Below, one piece after another: positions 18,828 through 27,975 of a stretch of 64,000 nucleotides of DNA. Location of the stretch: assembly GCA_045636125.1 (NCBI GenBank), contig JAZTWX010000001.1, positions 294 to 64,293 on the forward strand, written 5' to 3'. Position numbers and translations under genes: made by a program. Source of the DNA: Bacteroidaceae bacterium. Lineage in GTDB: Bacteria; Bacteroidota; Bacteroidia; Bacteroidales; Bacteroidaceae. Under the pieces are notes generated by a model. The model saw only the letters and a program-made list of their open reading frames with translations. It did not search any database and had not been told where the DNA came from. Numbering within the stretch: the stretch's first letter is position 1; each line of letters starts with the position of its first letter.

Positions 18828-19286
18828 TTACCCTTGCTTGTTACTCAAATATTCGCTCCATATACGCGCGGCCTCTTCTACCATCTTTACACAGGGGCGT
18901 TTCTTGTAATATTCGGTTGTGCGCGCTTCGGGTGTTGCAGGGGTGGGGGCGCTCTTTTCGAGACCTAGAAGTTCGGCGCAGGTTATTGAGCCGTTGCGCA
19001 AGCGGAACTCTTCGGCAAGCTGTTGAACGAGCTTGTAGTTGGCCTCTTTTGCTGCGCTGTCCTTGCCGTCGGTGCAGCCCGTTTCGAGGCCTGCGAGCAT
19101 AAATAGCCCGCAAGCTGCTCCACAGGTTTTTCTCATTCGCCCTATGCCACCACCGAAAGAGGCTGCCATTTTGAGTGCCTGTTCACGGGTGAAGCCATAG
19201 AGGTCGGCATAGGCGGCAACAACCGCCTGGCTGCAGTTATATCCCTCTTTGAAGAGCGCTGTGGCTCTTTCTATTCTCTCTTCCAT
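18828..19286 (-). CDS. C_GCAxxG_C_C family protein (putative redox-active)
   Basis: 152 aa. YNCSQAV..., TCGAACG (CGAxxG), ITCAELL and RPCVKMV fit the family's Cys pattern. Confidence 0.8.
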   Translation of the reverse strand: MEERIERATALFKEGYNCSQAVVAAYADLYGFTREQALKMAASFGGGIGRMRKTCGAACGLFMLAGLETGCTDGKDSAAKEANYKLVQQLAEEFRLRNGSITCAELLGLEKSAPTPATPEARTTEYYKKRPCVKMVEEAARIWSEYLSNKQG

Positions 19287-19304
19287 AGGTTTTGCTATAC
19301 ATTA

Positions 19305-21380
19305 TTAAATAAGACCTCTTGTGCGCAGTAGAGCGGCGGGGTCGGGCTCGGCACCGCGGAAACGGCGGTACTCACGCATGGGGTCCTTGCTGCCTCCCAT
19401 TTCGAGCAATTGCTTGAAGCTTTTTGCTGTTTCGCTGTCGAATATACCTTTCTCCTTGAAAAGCTCAAATGCGTCGCAGTCGAGCACTTCGGCCCACAAG
19501 TATGAGTAGTAACCGACCTCGTAACCGCCGCCAAAGACGTGCGAGAAGTTTGTGCTGCGGTAGCGGTACTCAATCTCGTCGATGAAGCCGAGTTCTGCAC
19601 GCAAGCTCTTTTCAAATGCGTTGCAGTCGAAATTGTCGTAGTTGTCGATGAGGTGCATCTTCATATCGAGCAGCGCTGCGGCAACAACCTCGCCTGTTTC
19701 AAAGCCCGAATTGAAGTGAGAGCTGCGCTGCATCTTCTCTATGAGAGAGTCGGGGATAATCTCGCCGGTCTTGTAGTGCTTTGCGTATGTGCGCAGAACC
19801 TCGGGGTGGATTGCCCATTTTTCGTTAACCTGCGAGAAGAGCTCAACAAAGTCGTGTTTCACGCTTGTACCGCTCACGCTAGGGTAGTGAGCCTGTGTGA
19901 GAAGGCCGTGGAGACCGTGGCCGAACTCGTGGAACAGTGTGCGTGTCTCGTCGATGTTGAGAAGAGCAGGAGTGTCGCCCTGGGGTGCTGTGAAGTTGCA
20001 CACGTTTACAATAAAGGGACGGATGTTTTCGCCGTTGATATTTCTCTGGTTTACGAAATTAACCATCCAGGCGCCCTGGCGTTTCGATGCGCGGGGGAAG
20101 AAGTCGGTGTAGAAGATTCCAAGGTGATTGTTGTCGGCGTCGAGCACCTGATAGGTCTCAACTCCCTCATAGTAAACTGGGATATCGGTGCGTTTCACGA
20201 AGCTTACGTTGTAGAGCTTCTTGGCGCAGTCAAATGCTCCCTGCAATACGTTCTCGAGCTGGAAATAGGGCTTTATGTCCTCGTCGTTGAGGGCATATTT
20301 CTCTTTGCGGAGCTTTTCGGTGTAGTAGAACCAGTCCCAGCCCTCGATTTTGTGGCCGGCAATCGCTTGCAATGCTGCCGATTCTTCTTTGGCGCGTTTC
20401 ATTGCAGGCTCCCAAATGCTGTTGAGCAGTGCAAGAGCTGCCTCGGGTGTTTTTGCCATCTTCTCGTCGAGCACAAAATGGGCGTAGCTCTTGAAGCCGA
20501 GGAGCTGTGCTTTCTGCTGGCGCAACTTTAACATTTTGGCAATGATTGTTGTGTTGTTGTTGGCGTTGTCGTTGTCGCCGCGACCATAGTAGGCCTTGTA
20601 TACCTGTTTGCGGAGCTCGCGGTTGTCGGCACACTGCATAAAGGGTATGCAACTGGGCTTGTCGAGCGTGAACACCCAGCCCTCTACGCCCTCGGCTTTT
20701 GCTGCGTCGGCAGCAGCGTCGATGCTGCTCTGGGGCAGGCCGCTGAGGTCTTCTTTATTGGTGATTACAAGCTTGAACGCCTTGTTGTCGGCCAAAAGGT
20801 TCTTGCCGAACTCAATGCCTGCAAGGCCTAGCTCTGTGTTTATCTGCAATAATTTTGCCTTATCCTCTTCGTTGAGCAATGCGCCGCCGCGAACAAAGGC
20901 GTTGTAGTAGTTCTCGAGCACAATTGCCTGCTCCTCGGTGAGTGAGAGGCTCTCTTTTGTGTCGTACAACTTACGTATGCGGGCAAAGAGTGTATCGTTC
21001 ATGCAGATGTAGCCGTTGAGCTCGGTGAGCAAGGGTACTGCGTAGTTCTCAACCTCGGTCATTGCGTCGCTGTTGTCGCTCTCGTTTAGGGTGAAGAAGA
21101 TGTTCGACACCTTGTCGAGCAATTTTCCGCTACACTCGAGCGCGTCAATGGTGTTGGCGAATGTAGGCTCGCTCTTCTCGTCTATAATCTTTTTGATGTC
21201 GGCTCTCTTTTCGGCTACTCCTTTTTCAAAGCCCTCGCGGAACTGCTCCACGGTGTAGAGTGAAAATTCAGGTGCACCGAAGGGTGCTTTACTGTCGCGC
21301 AACAGGGCGCTTGTGTTGTCGCTGCAAGATGTACTTGTGAGCATAGTGAGTAATGATAATAAATAAAATACTTTTTTCAT
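19305..21380 (-). CDS. dcp: M3 family metallopeptidase (peptidyl-dipeptidase Dcp-like), lipoprotein/secreted form
   Basis: 691 aa. HEFGHGLHG is a zincin motif. The N-terminal MKKVFYLLSLLTMLTSTSCS is a lipoprotein signal. Confidence 0.88.
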   Translation of the reverse strand: MKKVFYLLSLLTMLTSTSCSDNTSALLRDSKAPFGAPEFSLYTVEQFREGFEKGVAEKRADIKKIIDEKSEPTFANTIDALECSGKLLDKVSNIFFTLNESDNSDAMTEVENYAVPLLTELNGYICMNDTLFARIRKLYDTKESLSLTEEQAIVLENYYNAFVRGGALLNEEDKAKLLQINTELGLAGIEFGKNLLADNKAFKLVITNKEDLSGLPQSSIDAAADAAKAEGVEGWVFTLDKPSCIPFMQCADNRELRKQVYKAYYGRGDNDNANNNTTIIAKMLKLRQQKAQLLGFKSYAHFVLDEKMAKTPEAALALLNSIWEPAMKRAKEESAALQAIAGHKIEGWDWFYYTEKLRKEKYALNDEDIKPYFQLENVLQGAFDCAKKLYNVSFVKRTDIPVYYEGVETYQVLDADNNHLGIFYTDFFPRASKRQGAWMVNFVNQRNINGENIRPFIVNVCNFTAPQGDTPALLNIDETRTLFHEFGHGLHGLLTQAHYPSVSGTSVKHDFVELFSQVNEKWAIHPEVLRTYAKHYKTGEIIPDSLIEKMQRSSHFNSGFETGEVVAAALLDMKMHLIDNYDNFDCNAFEKSLRAELGFIDEIEYRYRSTNFSHVFGGGYEVGYYSYLWAEVLDCDAFELFKEKGIFDSETAKSFKQLLEMGGSKDPMREYRRFRGAEPDPAALLRTRGLI

Positions 21381-21586
21381 ATTGTGTGTTGATTGTTAAT
21401 ATTTTACCTTTTTTTTGAGTATCTGTTCTGCAGTCTATTATTCTACAAAAATACTACAAACTGCCCAATTGCCCAACAACTTTGTGCGTTTTGCAACAAA
21501 ACTACCTTGTTTATATTATAAATTAAGGGGCAACGATTAATTTGCTCACTGCGGCGCAAGGTGTTGCCTGTGAGAATAAAAATGCT

Positions 21587-21594
21587 TATTTTTG
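21587..21594 (+). promoter_or_regulatory. TAnnTTTG -7 motif upstream of yhhQ
   Basis: TATTTTTG lies 24 nt before ATG 21618. Confidence 0.45.
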
Positions 21595-21617
21595 CAGGCA
21601 CAAATACAGAAAATCTT

Positions 21618-22301
21618 ATGGACAAGGTATCGGAAAACCCTTTCAAAAACCGAAAAGATGGCGATATGCCTCTAATGGTAGTCACTGCGCTTTTTGTTAC
21701 GCTCTATCTGGTGTCGAACATAATGGCGGTGAAAGTAATTGGAATCTTTGGACTTTTTTATTTCGACGCGGGAACAATAACCTTCCCCTTTGCCTATATG
21801 TTGGGCGATGTGCTCACCGAAATTTGGGGCTATCGCACGGCGCGCAAGGTTATTTGGGTGACGTTTATGTGCAACATTATTATGGTGGCGTGCACGCAGG
21901 TGGGTGTGTGGCTGCCCTCGCTCGATTATCTCGACGCCACTGCCAATTCTTACAACACAATTTTCAGTTATGTCCCGCGCATTGTAATTGGTTCGCTTGC
22001 AGGCTTTTTGCTGGGTGAATTGTCGAACGCGTGGTTTATGGAGCGCATTAAAAAGATAACACGTGGCCGTATGTTGTGGGTGCGTACTATAGGTAGTTCG
22101 GTGGTGGGCTATCTGCTCGACACGCTGCCCTTTGTGCTCATTGCGTTCTTGGGTGTTTTGAGCACGCGCGACATCCTTATGATGATTGCTTTCCAGTATT
22201 TGATGAAATTGGGTATCGAGGTGGTGTTCGGCACACCGCTTGCCTATGTGGTTATTCTTGCGCTCAAACGCAGTATTCTAAAGGTGCGCCACAATGGATA
22301 G
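21618..22301 (+). CDS. yhhQ: queuosine-precursor (7-deazaguanine) transporter, YhhQ/DUF165 family
   Basis: Polytopic. LYLVSNIMAVKVIGIFGLFYFDAGTITFPFAYMLGDVLTEIWGY is YhhQ-like. The start is set at the first ATG after the promoter motif; the track ORF starts at 21561. Confidence 0.8.
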   Translation: MDKVSENPFKNRKDGDMPLMVVTALFVTLYLVSNIMAVKVIGIFGLFYFDAGTITFPFAYMLGDVLTEIWGYRTARKVIWVTFMCNIIMVACTQVGVWLPSLDYLDATANSYNTIFSYVPRIVIGSLAGFLLGELSNAWFMERIKKITRGRMLWVRTIGSSVVGYLLDTLPFVLIAFLGVLSTRDILMMIAFQYLMKLGIEVVFGTPLAYVVILALKRSILKVRHNG

Positions 22302-22977
22302 GTACTCGCTTATACACACAAAAATGCCCCGGGAATTTGTGCTTTTGCAAGGCACCGGCTGCCGTTGGGGGAAATGCACTTTCTGCGACTATCACAGCGA
22401 CACAAGCAGCAATCCTTTTTCTGTAAACGAGCCTGTGTTACAACGCGTTACGGGCGTGTATGGCGTGCTCGATGTTATAAATTCCGGCTCGGCAATGGAG
22501 CTTGACGGGGAAACCGTTGAGCTTATAAAAAAGGTAGTGCGCGAAAAGAATATTCACACTTTGTGGTTCGAAGCGCACTATATGTACCGCCACCGTCTGC
22601 AGGCTTTTGCTGCGCAATTTGCGCCAGCCGAGGTGAAATTCCGTTGCGGGGTTGAAAGTTTCGATGCTACGTTGCGCAGCTCTTGGCAAAAGGGGGTGCC
22701 TGCAAACGTGACAGCAGCCGATATTGCGCGTTATTTCCGTGGTGTGTGCCTGCTTTGTTGTACTTGTGGCGACAGCCGCGAACGTATTGCCGCCGATATT
22801 GAAACGGCAAAAAAACATTTCGAATATTTCAGCGTAAATGTCTTTTGTAATAACTCCACCAATGTGAAGCGCGACGATGAGCTTGCGCAGTGGTTTGCGG
22901 CCGAAATGTACCCTCTCATTAAGGACGATGAAAAGATGGAGGTTCTAATGGAAAACACCGATCTCGGCGTGGGGTAG
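22294..22977 (+). CDS. radical SAM-like protein with Cx4Cx2C cluster motif
   Basis: 227 aa. The N-terminal LLQGTGCRWGKCTFCDY is followed by a GS-rich SAM-binding-like block (VINSGSAMEL). The ATG overlaps the yhhQ stop by 8 nt. Confidence 0.7.
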   Translation: MDRYSLIHTKMPREFVLLQGTGCRWGKCTFCDYHSDTSSNPFSVNEPVLQRVTGVYGVLDVINSGSAMELDGETVELIKKVVREKNIHTLWFEAHYMYRHRLQAFAAQFAPAEVKFRCGVESFDATLRSSWQKGVPANVTAADIARYFRGVCLLCCTCGDSRERIAADIETAKKHFEYFSVNVFCNNSTNVKRDDELAQWFAAEMYPLIKDDEKMEVLMENTDLGVG

Positions 22978-23027
22978 AGCCTTGCTATTTTGCGATAAAA
23001 AGAAAGGCAAAAAGATAAAAAAAAGGT

Positions 23028-23173
23028 AATAATATAGCAGTTGACCCATTTTTAGAAAACACTGCGTATGTGTCATATCGAACGTATGTGAGATATCTCA
23101 TATATAGTTTTTAGAGATCCCTCGTCGCTACGCTCTGTCGGGATGACATCGACGGGTCAACATCTATATTATT
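23028..23173. repeat. 146-bp MITE-like element bounded by 20-bp terminal inverted repeats
   Basis: aataatatagcagttgaccc (23028-23047) matches the reverse complement of 23154-23173 (aataatatagatgttgaccc) at 18 of 20 positions. An inner imperfect inverted pair lies at 23071-23099 / 23114-23148. Confidence 0.6.
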
Positions 23174-23177
23174 GCTT

Positions 23178-23220
23178 AAAAAAAAATAAAGCACCGAAAC
23201 TATTGATTTTCAGCGCTTTA
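23178..23220 (-). terminator. terminator downstream of tRNA-Ala
   Basis: On the minus strand: aaagcgctgaaa...tttcggtgcttt, an imperfect stem with G.U pairs, followed by ATTTTTTTTT. Confidence 0.6.
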
Positions 23221-23228
23221 TTTACTTG

Positions 23229-23302
23229 TGGAGCATACGAGAGTCGAACTCGTCACCTTTTGACTGCCAGTCAAACGCTCTAGCCAGATGAGCTAATGCC
23301 CC
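23229..23302 (-). tRNA. tRNA-Ala (anticodon GGC)
   Basis: The reverse complement GGGGCATTAGCTCATCTGGCTAGAGCGTTTGACTGGCAGTCAAAAGGTGACGAGTTCGACTCTCGTATGCTCCA folds as a cloverleaf. It has the G3:U70 Ala identity pair and anticodon loop CT-GGC-AG. Confidence 0.92.
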
Positions 23303-23316
23303 GTGATTTTCGGCTG

Positions 23317-23324
23317 CAAAGGTA
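23317..23324 (-). promoter_or_regulatory. TAnnTTTG -7 motif upstream of tRNA-Ala
   Basis: Minus-strand TACCTTTG lies about 15 nt upstream of the tRNA 5' end. Confidence 0.5.
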
Positions 23325-23599
23325 CGAAAATATTTTCACGTTGCAATATTTTGCAACAAAAAATATGTGCTGATTTTGTAAAAAGTGTAAACAGGGAATG
23401 TTGATTATGTTAAAAGCGACATTTTTATGCTTTTTGTGGTGTAAGCTTGGGTATAAATGGGCGTGAAAAACATTTATTTAATAATGTATGGCAATAATCA
23501 ACAAAATTCTGTATATTCGCAAAAATTTTGCAAAATGCAATATTATACCCCTTGAGGGGCGAAAAAAGTGAAAATAAAAAGAATAAAAATTAAAGAATA

Positions 23600-25297
23600 A
23601 TGGCAACAGTAGACGACAAGAAAATTATCTTTTCGATGGTTGGTCTCAACAAGACCATCCGCCAGAACAACAAACAGGTGTTGAAGAATATCTATCTTTC
23701 ATTCTTCTATGGTGCAAAGATTGGTATCATTGGTATGAACGGTTCGGGTAAATCTACCCTTATGAAGATTATCGCAGGCCTCGACAACGACTATCAGGGC
23801 GAGGTTGTGTGGTCACCCGGTTACACTGTGGGTTATTTGCCCCAGGAGCCTCAGATGCAGGACGGAAAGACTGTGAAGGAGGTTGTTATGGAGGGTGTGC
23901 AGCATATTGTTGATGCTCTCAACGAGTACGAGGAAATAAACAATAAATTCGGCCTCCCCGAATATTACGAGGACGAGGACAAGATGAACGCTCTTTTTGC
24001 GCGTCAGGCCGAATTGCAGGATATTATAGATGCTACCGACGCTTGGAACATCGACAGCAAGCTGGAGCGTGCGATGGCTGCTTTGCGTTGCCCCGCTGCC
24101 GACGAGCTTGTTGACCACCTGTCGGGTGGTGAGCGCCGCCGCGTGGCTTTGTGCCGCCTGTTGTTGCAGAAACCCGATGTGCTTTTGCTCGACGAGCCTA
24201 CCAACCACTTGGATGCCGAGAGCATCGACTGGCTGGAGCAGCACTTGAACCAGTACGAGGGTACTGTTATTGCTGTAACTCACGACCGTTACTTCCTCGA
24301 CGATGTTGCGGGCTGGATTCTTGAACTCGACCGTGGCGAGGGAATTCCCTGGCAGGGTAACTACTCTTCGTGGCTCGACCAGAAGACAAAGCGTATGGAG
24401 CAGGAGGAGAAGAGCGCAAGCAAGCGTCGCAAGACTCTTGAGCGCGAGCTCGAATGGGTGCGTATGGCGCCGAAGGCTCGCCAGGCAAAGGGTAAGGCGC
24501 GTCTTAACTCATACGAGCGTATGCTTAACGAGGACCAGAAGGAGCGCGAGGAGAAACTCGAGATTTTTATCCCCAACGGTCCCCGTTTGGGTAACAAGGT
24601 TATTGTAGCCGACAAGGTTTCAAAATCGTTCGGTTCAAAAACCCTCTTCACCGACCTTGAATTCATGCTTCCCCCTAACGGCATTGTGGGTGTTATCGGC
24701 CCCAACGGTGCGGGTAAGACAACGCTTTTCCGTATGATTATGGGACTTGAGAGCATTGACAGCGGTACATTCGAGGTGGGAGAAACTGTGAAAGTTGCTT
24801 ACGTCGACCAGACTCACAAGGATATTCAGCCCAACAAATCGGTTTACGAGGTTATGAGCCAGGGTAACGAGCTTATGCGTTTGGGCAACAAGGAGGTGAA
24901 CGTGCGTGCCTATCTTTCGCGCTTCAACTTCACCGGTGCCGACCAGGAGAAGAAATGTGGCGTGCTTTCGGGTGGTGAGCGTAACCGCTTGCACCTTGCA
25001 ATGGCTTTGAAGGAGTGTGGTAACGTGCTCTTGCTCGACGAGCCTACCAACGATATCGATGTGAACACATTGCGTGCGTTGGAGGAGGGATTGGAGAATT
25101 TCGCCGGTTGTGCAGTTGTCATCAGCCACGACCGTTGGTTCCTCGACCGTATATGTACACACATTATTGCATTTGAGGGTGACGGACAGGTATTCTGTTT
25201 CGAAGGCTCTTACTCCGATTACGAGGAGAACAAGATGCGTCGTTTGGGCATTGAGGAGCCTAAAAAGACCCGTTACCGCAAGTTGATGGAGGATTAA
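23600..25297 (+). CDS. ettA: energy-dependent translational throttle protein EttA (ABC-F ATPase)
   Basis: 565 aa. It has two ABC cassettes (GMNGSGKST / LSGGERRR; GPNGAGKTT / LSGGERNR) and no TM domain. The EttA-like N-terminus is IIFSMVGLNKTIRQNNKQVLKNIYLSFFYGAKIG. Confidence 0.92.
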   Translation: MATVDDKKIIFSMVGLNKTIRQNNKQVLKNIYLSFFYGAKIGIIGMNGSGKSTLMKIIAGLDNDYQGEVVWSPGYTVGYLPQEPQMQDGKTVKEVVMEGVQHIVDALNEYEEINNKFGLPEYYEDEDKMNALFARQAELQDIIDATDAWNIDSKLERAMAALRCPAADELVDHLSGGERRRVALCRLLLQKPDVLLLDEPTNHLDAESIDWLEQHLNQYEGTVIAVTHDRYFLDDVAGWILELDRGEGIPWQGNYSSWLDQKTKRMEQEEKSASKRRKTLERELEWVRMAPKARQAKGKARLNSYERMLNEDQKEREEKLEIFIPNGPRLGNKVIVADKVSKSFGSKTLFTDLEFMLPPNGIVGVIGPNGAGKTTLFRMIMGLESIDSGTFEVGETVKVAYVDQTHKDIQPNKSVYEVMSQGNELMRLGNKEVNVRAYLSRFNFTGADQEKKCGVLSGGERNRLHLAMALKECGNVLLLDEPTNDIDVNTLRALEEGLENFAGCAVVISHDRWFLDRICTHIIAFEGDGQVFCFEGSYSDYEENKMRRLGIEEPKKTRYRKLMED

Positions 25298-25320
25298 GAA
25301 ATATAACAAGGAGATAAGTG

Positions 25321-26628
25321 ATGAAGACTGTTATTGAGCCGTCGGTTATTGACGGCATAATGAAGGAACTGGAAATTACCGATATAAAGACAGCCTCAAT
25401 CAGACAGGTGGGTGCAATTGTGCGCGCTGCCGAGGCTGCAACCGGTACCGAATTCATACATTTTGAGATGGGCGTGCCCGGCCTTCCTCCCTCGGCGGTG
25501 GGAATAAAAGCCGAGTGCGAGGCATTGCAACGTGGTGTTGCGTCGGTCTATCCCATTATCGACGGTATTGCCGAGGTTAAGGAGCAGGCGTCGCGCTTTT
25601 TGAAAGCTTTTGTCGACACCGACATTAAGCCCAGCGGTTGTATCCCCACCGTGGGTTCTATGCAGGCCTCTTTTGCATCGTTGATGCTTGCTTCGCAGCT
25701 CGATGAAAAGAAAGACACTGTGCTCTACATCGACCCGGGTTTCCCTGTACAGAAGATGCAGGCCAACGTTATTGGTGTAAAGATTGCTTCGTTCGACATT
25801 GCCGACTACCGTGGCAAGCGTCTCGAAGAGAAGATAGAGAGCTATTTTGCACAGGGTAACATTTGTGCAGTGCTCTATTCGAGCCCCAATAACCCCACCT
25901 GGATGTGCCTGAACGAGGAAGAACTTGAAATCATCGGCCGCTTGGCTACAAAATACGATGTTGTGGTTATTGAGGACCTTGCTTATATGACAATGGATTT
26001 CCGCCGCGACATGAGCAAGCCTTTTGAGCCTCCCTTCCAACCGAGCGTGTCGAAATACACCGACAACTACATTATGCTCATGAGCGCATCGAAGATATTC
26101 AGCTACGCGGGACAGCGCATCGCAATGGCCTGCATTTCGGACAAGCTCTATGAGCGTCACTACGATAGCTTGAAGGAACGTTACGGAATTCCCCGTTTCG
26201 GTGCTGCGTATGCCTATATCTTCCTTTATACATTCTCGTCGGGCGTGTCACATTCGGCACAGTATGCAATGGCGGCAATGTTGAAGGCTGCCTGTGACGG
26301 CGAGTATAATTTTGTGGCAGACATAAAGGAGTATGCCGACCGCACAAAGCGTTTGAAGGAGATTCTCGAGCGCACCGGCTTCAATGTGGTTTACGACAAG
26401 GACGACGAGGAGCCTGTGAGCGATGGCTTCTTCTTTACAATAGGTTACAAGGATATGGACGGAGCCACACTCTTGCAGGAACTTCTCTATTATGGCGTGA
26501 GCGGTATCGACCTTTCTACAACAGGCAGCACACGCAACGGTATACGCGCCTGCTCGTCGAACATCAAGCCCCACCATTATGCAATGCTCGAGGAGCGTCT
26601 GTCGCTTTTTAACGAAAATCACAAATAA
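25321..26628 (+). CDS. PLP-dependent aminotransferase (class I/II fold)
   Basis: About 435 aa. It has SSPNNPT and a Lys block SASKIFSYAGQRIA. ATG 25321 is preferred over the adjacent GTG 25318. Confidence 0.8.
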   Translation: MKTVIEPSVIDGIMKELEITDIKTASIRQVGAIVRAAEAATGTEFIHFEMGVPGLPPSAVGIKAECEALQRGVASVYPIIDGIAEVKEQASRFLKAFVDTDIKPSGCIPTVGSMQASFASLMLASQLDEKKDTVLYIDPGFPVQKMQANVIGVKIASFDIADYRGKRLEEKIESYFAQGNICAVLYSSPNNPTWMCLNEEELEIIGRLATKYDVVVIEDLAYMTMDFRRDMSKPFEPPFQPSVSKYTDNYIMLMSASKIFSYAGQRIAMACISDKLYERHYDSLKERYGIPRFGAAYAYIFLYTFSSGVSHSAQYAMAAMLKAACDGEYNFVADIKEYADRTKRLKEILERTGFNVVYDKDDEEPVSDGFFFTIGYKDMDGATLLQELLYYGVSGIDLSTTGSTRNGIRACSSNIKPHHYAMLEERLSLFNENHK

Positions 26629-26652
26629 CAATCCATAAAACAGAGATATAAA

Positions 26653-27957
26653 ATGGATAACAGATATTTTGAACCGCAGATAGAGACAATGTCGCGTGAG
26701 GAGCTTGAAAAATTGCAGCTCGAGCGACTGAAAACGACTATAGAACAGGCTGTAAAATCTCCTTTCTACAGCAAATTGTATGCCGAAAAGGGCATTGATG
26801 CAAGCACTATTACAAGCATCGACGATATTCGCAAGCTTCCCTTTACCACAAAGCAGGATATGCGCGACAATTACCCCTTTGGTTTCCTTGCCTGCAACCA
26901 AAGCGAGGTAGTGCGCCTTCACTCATCCAGTGGAACAACGGGTAACCCCACTGTAATTTGCCACACAAAGCGCGATATTGAAACCTGGGCCAACCGTGTT
27001 GCACGCAGTTTCTATATGGTAGGCCTCCGTAACACCGATGTTATTCAGAACTCATCGGGCTACGGAATGTTCACAGGTGGTCTTGGTATGCAGGCCGGTA
27101 TCGAGGCTTTGGGCGCAATGTCAATTCCTGCGGCTGCGGGTAACAGCTTGCGACAGATAAAGTTCATTATGGACTTTGGCACAACGGCAATTCACGCTAT
27201 TCCCAGTTACGCTTTGCGTTTGGCCGATGTGTTTGAGGAGGTTGGCATAGATCCCAAGACACAGACTCACCTCACCACCTTCCTCATTGGTGCCGAGCCC
27301 CACACCGAGGAGACACGCCGCAAGATTGAGGAGCGTTTCGGCGTGAAGGCATACAACAGCTTCGGTATGACCGAGATGAGTGGCCCCGGCGTTGCTTTTG
27401 AGTGCCAGGAGCAGAACGGTATGCACATTTGGGAGGATTCTTACCTTGTTGAAATTGTTGACCCTGACACACTGGAGCCTGTGCCCGATGGCGAGATTGG
27501 CGAGCTTGTGCTCACAACACTCGACCGCGAGGCAATGCCCCTTATACGTTACCGCACACGCGACCTCACCCGCATTCTCACCGAGAAGTGCCCCTGTGGC
27601 CGCACACACCGCCGCCTCGACCGTATGAAGGGCCGCAGCGACGATATGTTCATTGTTAAGGGCGTGAACATATTCCCTATGCAGATTGAGAAGATACTCA
27701 TGCAGTTCCCCGAGCTTGGTACTAACTACCTTATAACAATTGAGCCCATTGACAACAACGACGTGATTTTTGTGGATGTGGAGCTTGCGAGCCTCACAAC
27801 CGATAATTACATTGAGTTGCAGAACTTGGGAAAAGAGATTACCCGCCGCATAAAAGACGAAATTCTGGTTACTCCCAAAGTGCGTCTTGTGTCGAAGGGT
27901 AGCTTGCCCCAGTCCGAGGGTAAAGCTGTGCGTGTGAAAGATTTACGTAAAAAATAA
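26653..27957 (+). CDS. paaK: phenylacetate-CoA ligase family (PaaK-like aryl-acetate adenylating enzyme)
   Basis: 434 aa. ETMSREELEKLQLERLKTTI, SSGTTGNPT (AMP motif) and the C-terminal GKAVRVKD are PaaK-like. Confidence 0.85.
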   Translation: MDNRYFEPQIETMSREELEKLQLERLKTTIEQAVKSPFYSKLYAEKGIDASTITSIDDIRKLPFTTKQDMRDNYPFGFLACNQSEVVRLHSSSGTTGNPTVICHTKRDIETWANRVARSFYMVGLRNTDVIQNSSGYGMFTGGLGMQAGIEALGAMSIPAAAGNSLRQIKFIMDFGTTAIHAIPSYALRLADVFEEVGIDPKTQTHLTTFLIGAEPHTEETRRKIEERFGVKAYNSFGMTEMSGPGVAFECQEQNGMHIWEDSYLVEIVDPDTLEPVPDGEIGELVLTTLDREAMPLIRYRTRDLTRILTEKCPCGRTHRRLDRMKGRSDDMFIVKGVNIFPMQIEKILMQFPELGTNYLITIEPIDNNDVIFVDVELASLTTDNYIELQNLGKEITRRIKDEILVTPKVRLVSKGSLPQSEGKAVRVKDLRKK

Positions 27958-27975
27958 AACAGCATATATAAGATT

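Noticed and set aside
21440-21617. A search for a preQ1 riboswitch upstream of yhhQ.
   Set aside because: I could not find the small hairpin plus A-rich tail typical of preQ1-I/II/III. The region looks like a plain promoter with a TAnnTTTG motif. A covariance-model scan would be needed for certainty.
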